Position numbers and translations under genes: made by a program
Assembly: GCF_006345805.1 (NCBI RefSeq)
Contig: NC_042998.1
Coordinates: 127,286,001 to 127,350,000, forward strand
Reading direction: 5' to 3'
Source of the DNA: Octopus sinensis
Lineage: Eukaryota
DNA: 64,000 bases
The notes under the pieces: generated by a model
Databases searched by the model: none
What the model saw: the letters and a program-made list of their open reading frames with translations, nothing else
Told to the model about the DNA's origin: nothing
Shown here: piece by piece, positions 27,557-42,061 of the stretch
Layout of the letters: the number at the start of each line of letters is the position of its first letter
Numbering within the stretch: position 1 is the first letter of the stretch

Positions 27557-27775
27557 GGCAGCGAGCTAGCAGAATCGTTAGCACACAGGGAAAAATACTT
27601 AGCGCCATAACGGTGGTCTTTACGTTCTTAGTTCAAATTCCGTTCAGGTCGACTTTGCCTCTCATAATTCCGGAGTCGATAAAATAAGTACCAGCTGAGC
27701 ACTGGGGTAGATGTAATCGACTTATTTCCTCCCTCACTATTGCTGGCCTTGTGCCAAAATTTGAAACCAATATTA
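27557..27775 (+). mobile_element. SINE family A (second of a tandem pair)
   Basis: ggcagcgagctagcagaatcgttagc...gtcgactttgcc...gccaaaatttgaaacc. Confidence 0.7.
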
Positions 27776-29574
27776 ATTGCATTTAGAATGATTGAAAGAA
27801 ACAGAAAATGTACAACTGGACATCATACACCAGTTATGTTGAATACTTTCGAGACAATCGTTAGTACGAAACCAAACAAAATATTGCAAACACTGAAGAA
27901 TAACAGACCTGCTGTCGGTTGCGTATTGGAAACAAACTATAACAGTGAGTCTACAAAACGTCTTTAATTCATAATGGAGCATTTGTAAAATATATCTAGA
28001 TATGTAAATGGAATACAGCCTGCAGTCCTCCATCCCCATTCACTTCACTATCCCTTCCCTTAGTAACTCATGCAACACACCTCTTTACACCAACTAATTG
28101 CCCTCTGCATATACGAAAGAGAATATCCAGAAAGCTACAGAGTTAAAACTAGAGTATCGCATGGTCTCCTTTTTATAGTCAATGCATGTGGTGACGTCAG
28201 TAGATATATATATCAGCTGGAATCAGTGTTCAAACAAATCAGGCTGTCGGAAAATAGCGACCAAATAGCCTTCAAATTACACTATATCTTCCTAAATGAA
28301 TTATAAATTGGGAACTGGCGTCCTTGATATGATCGATTAATTTTTCGCCATAGGTCAGTTTGCTCAGATTTGATCTGTTACTAGACCAAACATGCAAATT
28401 TACATCGAGTCCACGAAGAAAACCCTGCGCTCTACATCGATCTGGTAGAAATAGTAGTCAAACGTTCCTGTATTTAAACGTTCCCTTTAGTGAAGTATAT
28501 TTATAATAAATTAACATCAACAATAACGGCACTAATGCTACCCATCACCTAATAAATATTTAACTAAAGCAAGTAAGACATATAGTATATATTAAGTTTT
28601 GAGATCAAATACTATGGGTTTTATTGCTACTTAATCCATCAGTGACAACAGTATATGTACCAGTCACTTGCTGAATCGTTTGACTTTCTTTGCATCGTTG
28701 AGAAATATTTGTGAAATCATTTTAGTTGCTAATATATTCATTTTTATGTGTGTTTCAAATGCATTTCGTTTGAAATTTCGTTAAGATTTGTAATTTTACG
28801 CACGGTTAAATTTGAAGTGTATTAGTTAAATATTTTGGGGAAGAATTTCTTTTCATTACTCTTAAAGGTCATCGTTTGTATCCGTCAACAAATCATAAGT
28901 GCTCTATTACCATAATTATTCTGAAATTGTTATACGAATCAGATAGTTTGACATTTATTAGCTTTTATTCCTCGGCTTTGTGATATTTATCGTTTGAGAC
29001 AACATACAATGATTTCTTTGTAGTAGTTAATTATAACTAGGAACTTATTTATCAAAAATATTAATCTACGCTCATTCTGACAATTCTTCTATAATAGGAA
29101 TCTATTTTAGTAATATTCACAATTCACTTCCATTCAGACACTAGAGAAGTCCTATTTGAGATTGGAGCATTTCCACGAAAGCAATGATTCTATGTTCTCT
29201 TTGTTTTGTTTTCTTATCTTTGTCTGGTAATGTTTCTTTCATTGCATCTTTAAGTGATTTATGATATAGCATTGAGCCGTCTAGGGTGCAACAGAACTAG
29301 TAGCGAATTCATTAGCTTCCACATACAAATTATAGTTGAAAAATTGCTCGTGTCATCAGCTGTACATATACAGTTTAGAAGAGAAAGCTGATGGTATGAT
29401 TACATTTCTTGCTACATATTTCTTTCCTTCACAATGGAACATATTTAACGTTGGAGCCTGCTATATTTCATTCGCAGTATATGAACAATTTATCATACAT
29501 CAATTTGATATTCTACATAATATTAAAGAAAACAAACTATTATATCTATGGAGATTAATTGTAACATAGGTTAA

Positions 29575-29630
<56 letters not shown>

Positions 29631-30162
29631 AGAAATTCGAAATGACAACACAGATTTATTTAATTTATTCGACAGAACAATGAGATGAATTACATTGCAG
29701 ATAGAGATAAGCTTCTAGAGGAATATTTTATTGCTTACGAACTAGGAATATTTCCAAGCAGGAGATTTTGTTGGTGTAAAGATACGGTGGAGATATTTCT
29801 AGGTAGCTGATCAGGGGAAAGGAATAGTAGTGCCACGTAGCTTCTAGGTAAGAAGAACAGGAAACATTTTAGTAGAAGTGAGACAAAACTAGATACGGTA
29901 TATTGCGTGGGATAGAGGCTTCCTTGTGATGATGATGAACGGTTTCATAGTTAGTTGGATGACATTTTTTGGATGTATTTCACTTTCAAATAAATAAGTA
30001 TTATTTAACATGGTTCTGATTTGTGATTTTCTTAAAAAAAGAAAGCATCTTTTTAATGTAAATAATTTTTGGTCTTTACATGGTAATCTAGAAAATGCAA
30101 AACCGTTGAACTAGGTGGACATACGGCAATTTATCATAATAACAATATATATATATATATAT

Positions 30163-31982
30163 GAGACTCGGGCGGACGTCAACCTGTTCCTGCGCCGCCT
30201 CAAACTTTGCGCATACTACCACGCGTCCCCGCAGCGTCACAACAATCAGGATTGCCTTTTGGAGCTGGGGCGTCGTCCATCCATCTGGACGCCGCCCCCA
30301 GGCCTATTCAGTAGCCTAGATTCGTTTGTACATGACTGCAACGCTTTGGTCCACCGGTTCAACTTTGAACCAAGACCCCGCCGAGCCAACCTCAATTGGG
30401 CCGAATCCATTGCCCTTCGCCACCTCCGCCGACGTAATGACATCGTCATCAAACCGGCGGACAAAGGCGGGGCAGTGGTAGTGTGGCGCGCGGACCTATA
30501 CAGGGAGGAAGCGCTCAACCAGCTTCAAAATCCCCTCTTCTATCGCCTCCTCCCCTCCGATCCCACCTCCTCCTACCAACAGCGAGTGTCCTCCACCATC
30601 CGCGACCTCATCTCCTCCTCCGCTCTCCCCCCACCGCCACCAACCTCATCGTCCGCACACCCCGCACCTCCACCATCTACTTCCTTCCCAAGATCCATAA
30701 ACCCTCTAATCCTGGCCGTCCCATAGTCTCTGCCTGTAATTGCCCCACTGAACTCATTTCCCTATACCTCGACCGCATCCTGTCCCCCTTAGTCGCAGCC
30801 CTCCCATCCCACATACACGACACCAACCACGCCCTCCGTCTCTTCAATTCCTTTTCCTTCCCTTCCAGCCCCTCACACCTCCTCTTCACATTAGATGTAA
30901 AATCCCTGTATACAGTGATTCCCCACAATGACGGTCTGCTAGCCCTCCAACACTTACTCGACCGTCGTCCCGACCCCACCCCTAGCACCCCCACCCTTCT
31001 CCGCCCGGCTGAGCTCGTCCTCACCCTCAATTGCTTCACGTTCGCCGGGGAAACGTACCAACAGCTGTCCGGGGTCGCGATGGGAACTAGGATGGGCCCC
31101 AATTTCGCCAATTTCTTTCTTGGCTACATTGAGGCCCAAGTATTCTCCCAGTTCTCTGGGCCGACCCCCGAACTATACGGTCGCTATATCGACGACTGCA
31201 TAGGTGCCACCTCCCTTTCCCGTGAACTTCTCTGCCAATTCATCTCTTTCCTTTCCAACTTTCACCCCTCTCTTCAATTCACCTCCACCATCTCCAACAC
31301 CTCTGTCAACTTCCTTGACATCTCTCTCCGCATCGATCACCCCTCCAACTCTCTCACCACCACCGCCTTCTTTAAACCTACGGATTCCCACCTCTATCTC
31401 AACTTCTCTTCCTCCCACCCCTTCCACACCAAACGAGCCATCCCCTACTCCCAGTTCCTCCACCTCCGACGTTTGTGCAGCCGCGACCAGGATTTCGAGA
31501 CCCAATCTCAATACCTGGCCCGCCTGTTCAGACTCCGAGGGTACCCACCCATACTCCTCTCTGATGCCCTCACCCGCGCCCGTCGCATCGACCGCTGCAA
31601 CACTTGCCCCTTCATCACCAACACCACCGCTTTCACCGGCTCCAACCGGCATACTGTACGCATTAGGCACTCCTTTACGTGCACCTCGTCTGGCCTTATT
31701 TACTGCATTAAATGCAACCTATGCGGGATGCTGTATGTAGGACAGACTGGACGCCAATTGTCCGACCGATTCACAGAACATTTGAGGGACGTTCGCCTAC
31801 ACTCTTGTTCTCCCGTCGCACGCCACTTCCGCTCGGCCGGCCATTCCCTAGATGACATCTCAGTGTTTGGTCTCGCCCCCCACAATGGTCGCCCACTTTC
31901 CAGGCTCCACTTGGAGCAACGCTACATCTTCACCCTACAAACTACTACCCCACACGGACTTAACACAGCCCCCTCCTCTTGA
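30163..31982 (+). pseudogene. PLE RT/GIY-YIG ORF with one frameshift near 30650
   Basis: IKPADKGGAVVVW; YFLPKIHK...GRPIVS; TLDVKSLYTVIP; GVAMGTRMGP; RYIDD; FLD; LIYCIKCNLCGMLYVGQTGRQLSDRFTEH. Confidence 0.9.
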
Positions 31983-34656
31983 GGTCCTCTTCTTCTTCCT
32001 TTTTTTTCCCCGGATACACCACCCCCATACACACACCTACCTACCTCCCACACGCCTGTTCACACACACACATACGTATACACATCTACGTACATACATT
32101 CACACATTTAATCACACACACTTATAGACATACATGCACACACTAACATACAAACCAACATGCACATACATACACACATACATACATACACACACACATA
32201 CATACTTACACACACACACAGACATACATACACACATACATACACACATACATACGCACATACATACACACACACTCACACACACACATCGCACATACAT
32301 ACTTCACACACACACACATGCACACATACATGTAGGCACACACACATACATACATACATACCCACACATGCACACCTTTACACGAATGCACACACACATA
32401 CACCTATTTGCATCCAGGCAGCCCCCTCCCTCTTTTCTGCTTTCCGGTTTTGGCTGATAGATCCTCGGTTCCCGCGGAGCGGGTCGTTCGAGGGCCTTGG
32501 CGCGTGCTGGGGGCTTAGTCGGCCCCTTGGGCTTGTGTTGTATTGTTTGTGTGTTGTGTGCGTGAGCGCGCTTCGTGTGTGTGGGCTTGCTTCGGGTGTG
32601 TGCGTGCGTATGTATACATACATACCCACACACACGCATGCATCCCTACCCACATACATACACGCACACCTACTCACACACACACATACACACACACACA
32701 CACATACCCGCACACACACACATACATACATGCACACACATACCTATTGAGACATACACTCACACAGACACACACCCATACATACATACATCTACACACA
32801 CACGCCTACACACATACATACACACATACATAAAAACACACACATACACATACACACACATACGTACACACACATATACTTATACACATGCACACACACA
32901 CACACATACATACATACATACATACACCCATACACATACACACACATACCTACATACTCCTATACGCACATACATACACACAGACATACACACATACACA
33001 CTCACACAAACATACACACACACATACTTACACACACACTCGCCTGCACGCGCAAACACATGCATGACAAACACCCATACACTCACACTCACATACGCAC
33101 ACACCAACATAAACACGCACACGCACACACACACCTACACTCCCACACACATACATACGCACCTACATACACACACGCACGCATACACACGCACACACAC
33201 GCATACACACATACATTATACACGTACACACACACCTACATACACATGCATACACACACACACAAACATGCACGGACACACCCAGACATACAAACATACA
33301 CCTATACACACATGCCCACACACCTACATACACACACATACATACACACACATACACGGACACACCCATACATACTTACATACATACACCTATACACACA
33401 CGCCTACACACCTACATACACACACATGCATACACACAAACATGTACGCACATACACACACATATACGCACACACATATATACCCACACACATGCACACA
33501 CACACACATACGCACATGCATGCATGCATGCACACGCGCACACCTACACGCATACATGCATACATGCATACACACACACACGCGTACACATACATACATA
33601 CACACACACATACATACACCCATACACATACATGCATCCTACACACACATACACACTCACACATACATACACACACACACTCACTCACACACCTGCATGT
33701 ACGCGCACACACATGCACATACACACACTTCCACACACACACACGTACATACATACACACTCATACACATACACACACACACACACGGACATACATCTAC
33801 GCAAACACATATATACACACATACATACATTCATCGGACACACTGACACCTAGACATACACACAGACACACTCACACATCCACACACACACATACTTACA
33901 CACACACTCGCAGGCGCGCGCACACACGCGCTTGCGCCGGCTCGCGCACGCATACGCGCATGCATGCACCTCGCTCTTGGACCCGACGAGATCGCCGGCT
34001 CGTTTCTGGGGCCGTCGCCTGTCGTTGGGTTCTCCCACGCCCGTCTCCGCGGGACCACTCTTCCATCTTCCCCTCAGCTGGAGTCCTTTTTCCTTATAAT
34101 CCCCCCCTTTTTGTACACACACGCGCACACATACATACACCCACTCACACACATACATTTGCTTAAATATATACATTACTCTTACACACACTTCAAATCT
34201 ACTCGCCATACATACAACTACGACACTGGACACACACACACTACCACTCAACACACACACTGGCACGTTACATACGCCCCCACCCCTTCCCCTCCCCCCT
34301 TCCTCCTTCCTTCATTTTTTTACTACTGACCACTGTCTGCTATGCCTACTACTGTTTCGCCCTACCTCACGCGGCTACACACAGACGCACACACTAACAT
34401 ATATATATATATTTTGTTTTTTTATCTCGCCTCACACACACATACACACACGCACACGCACACACTCACACATACACACACATCTGTTGCGTTACCAACC
34501 CTGTCTCCACTCTTTTGGCTTTAAAAACCTACTTTGCTCTTGTTATCGTAAAATTCCGCCTTTCACCATGTGTACTTCGTAAACACCAGTCGCTTTTTTT
34601 TTCTCCCTCTGTTTGCCCACCTCGGGATCTTTCTTTCCTCTCTCTTCCATCTTTAT

Positions 34657-34691
34657 GTTTCCGACGAAGAGCTCCGCTCGAAACGTCATAC
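34657..34691 (+). ncRNA. Hammerhead-like motif with non-canonical core at the PLE 3' end
   Basis: CCGACGA-A-GAGC(TCC)GCTC-GAAACGTC; U4 replaced by C and stem I weak; second copy at 59425-59460. Confidence 0.35.
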
Positions 34692-34786
34692 CTTCCTGCT
34701 TCCATCTTTCCTGAGCGCCTATTAATAATAATACTGTAATTGTTCCACGTGTTGTTGTTTTTTCTGTTTTCCCGTTTGGATTAAAT

Positions 34787-34890
<104 letters not shown>

Positions 34891-35063
34891 ATATGTATGT
34901 ATGTATATATATGTGTGTGTGTGTGTAGCATTAATTAATAGTGGGAGATTAGGAGATGGATTTCGTATTGGACTGTTTTCAGGTATAACATTCTCGAAAT
35001 GGATGGTCATATAACAAGAACCCAGGCGACACAATAAATCTCTAGCGAGTTTTCTTTATGAAT

Positions 35064-35108
35064 GTATTTGAAGAGACCCAGACTGATGGGTCGAAACATA
35101 TGTTGTAT
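35064..35108 (+). ncRNA. Decayed type I hammerhead fold
   Basis: GTAT-TTGAAGA-GACCC(AGACTGAT)GGGTC-GAA-ACATATGT-T-GTAT; C3 changed to T. Confidence 0.5.
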
Positions 35109-35407
35109 TTGATAAAAGTCTAATCGAAATCTGTCTCATACTATTCATTAATACTATTACCCTAACTGCCACTACAAGGTTACTGAAGTAAATCCAACAA
35201 AGTGTACCCCAACTATGGATGACAATAGGTAGCTTAAACTGTGCTGGTGAAATGCTCAACATTTAAGAACGCTAATCTAATTATACCTATTTGTTTACAT
35301 TTCCTATTATTATTATTATTGTTATCATTATTATTATTATTATTATAATTATTATTATTATAATTATTATTTTTATTATAATTATTATTATTATTATTAT
35401 TATTATG

Positions 35408-35458
<51 letters not shown>

Positions 35459-36355
35459 GTTATTATTATATATGTATATATAATATATATATATATATAA
35501 ATTTTAAAAAATGAATATATATATATATATATATATAGTAAGCATATGCACGAACACACGAATGCACATTCCGCACAAACTTAAAATTATGTGTTTGTAT
35601 GTCGGTATGTACCTGTGCGTCTGTGCGTGTGTTTGTATGGAGAGAAAGAGAGAAAGAACGATATTGTTGAAACTGCTCACTGCTTTTTTGACTGAGATCT
35701 ATTGGAGCGTTGTTGATATAGTGTTAGGGGAATAGTGAGGCGTTTGAGCATTTTGTTAATGTGTCGAAACTGAAAGAGGATTTATTTACAACCGAATGCA
35801 TTTAATACAAACCTATCAACCAACGTCATATATGCTTCCACATGACACATTATGTAATATCGCTATGATCTTTTACATAGATGTCTTTAAGATATATTAG
35901 CTATCAAAAAATGTATAAGAAAAATCCTAGCATCCCTAAATAGATATGGTGACAACAGAAAAGTTGCTGCAATCACTTCTATCTCTGCCTAGTTCAAGCG
36001 TTTCATTAAGTTTCCAAGAATATATTGTAACATGGGAGACCCTATATCTCGATGCCCAGTCTATGATACTACAATATCTAGCGAAATCATGTAGGAAAAA
36101 TTCATCTAAGCTGGCAGTTATATACAGAAATATACTCGGGAGAGTAGGCACATACATATACATACTCTCACACAGTACCACCACCACACCCACCACACAC
36201 ACATAGCACCCCCACTCACTCCTACCCCACACTCTAATATATATATCTGATAGAGGTGGGCGGAGTAATGTTGAATATAATACATGGATGTGCAATGATA
36301 TTTACAACATATATGTAAGATCGATTGTGAAAAAGTCTCTCACTGGAAAAATAGA

Positions 36356-36804
36356 AAAAGGGGTTTATATTTAGTGATAAAGTTTGATTCTTTACTGACA
36401 CACTGACTATAGGTTGCATCGTCCGTCAATTTATACAGGGGAAAAATTCTGAAGCCGGGTTGTTTGTTCGTGGTGCAAATGTCGATGTGCCCGCTGAATG
36501 CTATTTTCTTGTATTCCCGAATTTTGATCTGGTATGTATGTAGAGCTATACTTTGACGTAGACTGTTTTTTGCTTTAAAGAGCAATAAATAGGCCAAATC
36601 AAATACAGTCTACGTCAAGAGATGGTTCTACATAGATCACTGATCAAAATTCGAGAATACACTCAGCGAACACATCGATATTTGCACCACTAACAAACGA
36701 CCCAACTTCAGAATTTTTCCCCTCTATAAATTCAGGGAGGATGCAAACTGTAGTCAGTGCATCAGTAAAGAGTAATATTTCATCACAAAATATAAACCCC
36801 TTTT
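36356..36804. mobile_element. Head-to-head inverted pair of PLE GIY-YIG C-terminal fragments
   Basis: Minus 36356-36570 and plus 36601-36804 both read SLRQ...LH...HIDICTTNK.P.FRIFPLYK...FITKYKPL. Confidence 0.75.
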
Positions 36805-37376
36805 GAATGAGCCCACCACGAATGACATTATTACAAGGGTCTTTGAATAACACCCATGCAAATATTATAAACTTATATTCAGAAAAATCACTACCCATCA
36901 ATTTATTCAGAACAATTCCAACCACTACTGTTACAACCACAACAGGTTAGTTTTAGGTCACTTGATCACTTAAGAAGATTCCACCAACATCCTACAACTG
37001 TCATACCACTTCCACATTTCTTTTTCGTCGCCTCCTTTCTCAGCTACTATTGTGCTTAAACAATTAAAACCAAGAAATCATATTAGGACTACTATTACCT
37101 GCTACCTGCAACCAAGATCAAGTAAAAGAGAGGGAGACAGAGACAGACAGAATAAAGGAAAATGTCCCTTGCATTTGAAAACTATGGAAATATTTTTTAT
37201 AAACATTTTATTTAATTTTTCTACAATTGAATCGTTTTGCCTGCTTTACTCTAAGTTGAAAAAGTTGCAAAGACTGAAAACGGTACTAAAATGTTCTTCA
37301 TGATACAATTATTTAGCATTTTCTACCACGTTTTATTTTGCTTATACATATCAATTCGTGTGTTCCTTTTCAAACT

Positions 37377-37411
<35 letters not shown>

Positions 37412-37525
37412 GTGAGGATGGACATGGCTGTGTGAGAAGAAGTTTGCTTCCCAGCCACATGGTTCCGAGTTGAGCTCTCCCTGCGTGACACCTGGGGCAA
37501 GCCGTTTTCACTACAGCCTCGGGTT
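37412..37525 (+). mobile_element. SINE family B head fragment
   Basis: ggctgtgtgagaagaagtttgcttcccagccacatggttccgagt...ctacagcctcggg. Confidence 0.55.
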
Positions 37526-37861
37526 CGCTTCGTATGTATCAATGCCCTTTATATAGTTTTATTTATTTATTTTATCTATCTATGCCTTACATTTATCACA
37601 ATCATGTGACATATATTTATATATTTATTTATCTATTCATATATTTATTTACTTTTTTATAAAACAAAAAAATAATTAAATATATAAATATATAAATAAA
37701 TATACAGATATATCTGCCACATACCTGTGATAAATGTAAGACAGAGATAGATAAAATAAATAAATAAGACACACAATAGGTGAGGACGGACATAGCTGTG
37801 TGATAAGACACATACACACATGAAACTTCGTGGACAGCATTAAAAATGTCAACAACAAAAC

Positions 37862-38290
<429 letters not shown>

Positions 38291-38544
38291 TATATATCGA
38301 ACTATAAAACTAACAAGGTCAGCAGCAATGGCGGTGCCATCGATGGCAATAACAAAACAACTACCAAAATGGCAACACCGTGGGCGAACACACATACACA
38401 GGGGAATACAGGAACTGCACCATTTATTTTTCTGGTCTTAGGACAGCAGCAGCACAATGGGGTGAGAGGATGGGCTGAGGGGAAGGTCACACTGCTGCTA
38501 TAAACTATGACACACACATACATACACAGGCACGCGCGCATACA

Positions 38545-38582
<38 letters not shown>

Positions 38583-39999
38583 AACAAACAAACAAGGATA
38601 CAAACACATGTGCACATAAGAATACACATCCCAGAAGCACAGAATAGAGCAGAGACACACACGAAAACGAAAAGTGTCGCTGAAGAGGTCGCAGGTGTGT
38701 AAGGAAATATTTCCGGAAAATGGACATGAGTTAATATAATAAAATAAGAACCGTAATAAACTACTGAAGAAATTAATATATATTGTGCGTGTGTTTATTT
38801 GGCCAATTTTTTTAAATGACCATCTCGACATGCAACAATATCTGTTTCAACACACGATGTCATATCAGGAATCTTGCAATTATCAGGGCTCCAAGCTCGT
38901 AACCGAAACGGGGGCTATGGAAGCATTTTAGGTTTCCGATGTAGATATTGACTATAACTGTGATTAGATTATTTGTGAGTTTATTATGTTTTTTTTAAAG
39001 CCATATTATATCTGAATAGATAAATACGTTTTTTTATCTATTCTTACCTTAAAAATGAATATTTAACATTATGATCGATTGTATGACATAATCATAATCG
39101 TTAAAGTTTCTTGTTTGATAATATAGTTTTTTATAAGAAAAATTATTATTTTATTTATTTCTTTAAAAAATATTGTTTAAATATATTTGATTATTTATTT
39201 AACTATTATCATTAACCTGCAGATTGACTATAACCATAATTCGAATTATTAATTGAACTTAAATTATTGTTATTCGAATTAGGTTATGGGCATGAAACGA
39301 TCGTAGTCGTTTTACTTTTTATCTTATATTAAACTTTTTAATACTTTTTGATAGTTATATATATTTAAAACAAAAAAAAAATTTAAATAAAAAAATAAAA
39401 ATATAAAAACAATAAAATAAAATAAATAAATAAATAAAAAATTAAAATAAAAATAAATATATATATATTTTTTTTCTCTAGTTTCAGCTGCGGCCATGCT
39501 GATGCACCACCGTTTATATATAAATTTATATATATGTAAAAATTTATAAATATAAATTAATAATTTTAAATTTTTAACTTTAATTTGAATAATTAAAATT
39601 TTGAATTTTATATTTTATATATTTTGTATATTACATTAATTTTATTTCTATGTTTTGGTTTATGTTTTCCACTGTTTGATTTGCCTAATAGTGGTTTTAA
39701 CTCTAATTTAATATATATATATATATATATATATTTGTTGAACTTAAAAATGGTCTATGACTATTTAATTTTTTCCCACTAGGCCGCTGGTGGCAAAAAA
39801 TTCTACAAAATTTTTTTTGCCACCCTATATTGATTAATTATGAATTTTCTGGTTAATTCCGTAATGGAATCGACGGCTTATATTTATTTGCTGCCGATAA
39901 ATTGGCGCAAGTGCGATGATTGAAAATTTTAGGTCAGATATTACCTTGGCAGGGTCAGAATGCCTCGTGAAAATATCTGTTCCGACTTGTGGCTATTTC

Positions 40000-40104
40000 T
40001 TCTTACTGAAGAATCTGAGGGCCTATGGAAGATTGGCTTGATTTAATTTAATCAGGTTAGTTTACCATTAAACAGCAGATGAAACGGTGCATCGTATAAG
40101 AAAT
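40000..40104 (+). ncRNA. Hammerhead ribozyme, array copy 1
   Basis: TTCTTA-CTGAAGA-ATCTG...CAGAT-GAAAC-GGTGCATC-GTA/TAAGAA; predicted cut after 40096. Confidence 0.85.
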
Positions 40105-40486
40105 TACAGGGTAAATGTTTTTTAATTTTCTCCTGTTTACGGAATTGACTTTTATTTGCAGTTGAAGCTTTGGCTGTTATTTCTAGTGGGTGAATGGCCT
40201 ATTATGGCCGTTCCTTGATTGTTGATGTTGAACTTAAAAATGGTCTATGACTATTTAATTTTTTCCCACTAGGCCGCTGGTGGCAAAAAAATTCTACAAA
40301 ATTTTTTTTGCCACCCTATATTGATTAATTATGAATTTTCTGGTTATTCCGTAATGGAATCGACGGTTATATTTATTTGCTGCCGATAAATTTGGCGCAA
40401 GTGCGATGATTTGAAAATTTTAGGTCAGATATTACCTTGGCAGGGTCAGAAATGCCTCGTGAAAATATCTGTTCCGACTTGTGGCT

Positions 40487-40592
40487 ATTTCTTACTGAAG
40501 AATCTGAGGGCATATGGAAGATTGGCTTGATTTAATTAATCAGGTTAGTTTACCATTAAACAGCAGATGAAACGGTGCATCGTATAAAAATT
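40487..40592 (+). ncRNA. Hammerhead ribozyme, array copy 2 (stem I weakened)
   Basis: Core at 40495-40501; 3' stem I reads TAAAAAT; predicted cut after 40584. Confidence 0.75.
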
Positions 40593-40975
40593 ACAGGGTA
40601 AATGTTTTTTAAATTTTCTCCTGTTTACGAATTGACTTTTATTTGCAGTTGAAGCTTTGGCTGTTATTTCTAGTGGGTGAATGGCCTATTATGGCCGTTC
40701 CTTGATTGTTGATGTTGAACTTAAAAATGGTCTATGACTATTTAATTTTTTCCCACTAGGCCGCTGGTGGCAAAAAAATTCTACAAAATTTTTTTTGGCA
40801 CCCTATATTGATTAATTATGAATTTTCTGGTTAATTCCGTAATGGAATCGACGGCTTATATTTATTTGCTGCCGATAAATTTGGCGCAAGTGCGATGATT
40901 TGAAAATTTTAGGTCAGATATTACCTTGGCAGGGTCAGAAATGCCTCGTGAAAATATCTGTTCCGACTTGTGGCT

Positions 40976-41082
40976 ATTTCTTACTGAAGAATCTGAGGGC
41001 CTATGGAAGATTGGCTTGATTTAATTTAATCAGGTTAGTTTACCATTAAACAGCAGATGAAACGGTGCATCGTATAAGAAAT
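40976..41082 (+). ncRNA. Hammerhead ribozyme, array copy 3
   Basis: 8-bp stem I ATTTCTTA/TAAGAAAT, core 40984-40990; predicted cut after 41074. Confidence 0.88.
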
Positions 41083-41464
41083 TACAGGGTAAATGTTTTT
41101 TAAATTTTCTCCTGTTTACGGAATTGACTTTTATTTGCAGTTGAAGCTTTGGCTGTTATTTCTAGTGGGTGAATGGCCTATTATGCCGTTCCTTGATTGT
41201 TGATGTTGAACTTAAAAATGGTCTATGACTATTTAATTTTTTCCCATAGGCCGCTGGTGGCAAAAAAATTCTACAAAATTTTTTTTGCCACCCTATATTG
41301 ATTAATTATGAATTTTCTGGTTAATTCCGTAATGGAATCGACGGCTTATATTTATTTGCTGCCGATAAATTGGCGCAAGTGCGATGATTTGAAAATTTTA
41401 GGTCAGATATTACCTTGGCAGGGTCAGAAATGCCTCGTGAAAATATCTGTTCCGACTTGTGGCT

Positions 41465-41571
41465 ATTTCTTACTGAAGAATCTGAGGGCCTATGGAAGAT
41501 TGGCTTGATTTAATTTAATCAGGTTAGTTTACCATTAAACAGCAGATGAAACGGTGCATCGTATAAGAAAT
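41465..41571 (+). ncRNA. Hammerhead ribozyme, array copy 4
   Basis: Core 41473-41479; predicted cut after 41563. Confidence 0.88.
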
Positions 41572-41954
41572 ACAGGGTAAATGTTTTTTAAATTTTCTCC
41601 TGTTTACGGAATTGACTTTTATTTGCGGTTGAAGCTTTGGCTGTTATTTCTAGTGGGTGAATGGCCTATTATGGCCGTTCCTTGATTGTTGATGTTGAAC
41701 TTAAAAATGGTCTATGACTATTTAATTTTTTCCCACTAGGCCGCTGGTGGCAAAAAAATTCTACAAAATTTTTTTTGGCACCCTATATTGATTAATTATG
41801 AATTTTCTGGTTAATTCCGTAATGGAATCGACGGCTTATATTTATTTGCTGCCGATAAATTTGGCGCAAGTGGCGATGATTTGAAAATTTTAGGTCAGAT
41901 TTACCTTGGCAGGGTCAGAAATGCCTCGTGAAAATATCTGTTCCGACTGTGGCT

Positions 41955-42061
41955 ATTTCTTACTGAAGAATCTGAGGGCCTATGGAAGATTGGCTTGATT
42001 TAATTTAATCAGGTTAGTTTACCATTAAACAGCAGATGAAACGGTGCATCGTATAAGAAAT
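41955..42061 (+). ncRNA. Hammerhead ribozyme, array copy 5
   Basis: Core 41963-41969; predicted cut after 42053. Confidence 0.88.

Noticed and set aside
32134-34166. Long His/Thr- and Cys/Val-rich ORFs (also 57152-59098, and poly-I/L/Y/N ORFs elsewhere)
   Set aside because: They are translations of CA/TA/AAT simple repeats that lack stops by composition.
39775-39824. Helitron 3'-end signature on minus (hairpin, 6 nt, CTAG, T) or CACTA-like TIRs in the array unit
   Set aside because: The array extends about 40 nt past the CTAG, the TIR match is only 8 bp, there is no TC 5' end or TSD, and the hammerhead explains the unit better.
39938-39954. atattaccttggcaggg resembles the U1 snRNA 5' end
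   Set aside because: The similarity stops after about 17 nt; there are no U1 stem-loops or Sm site.
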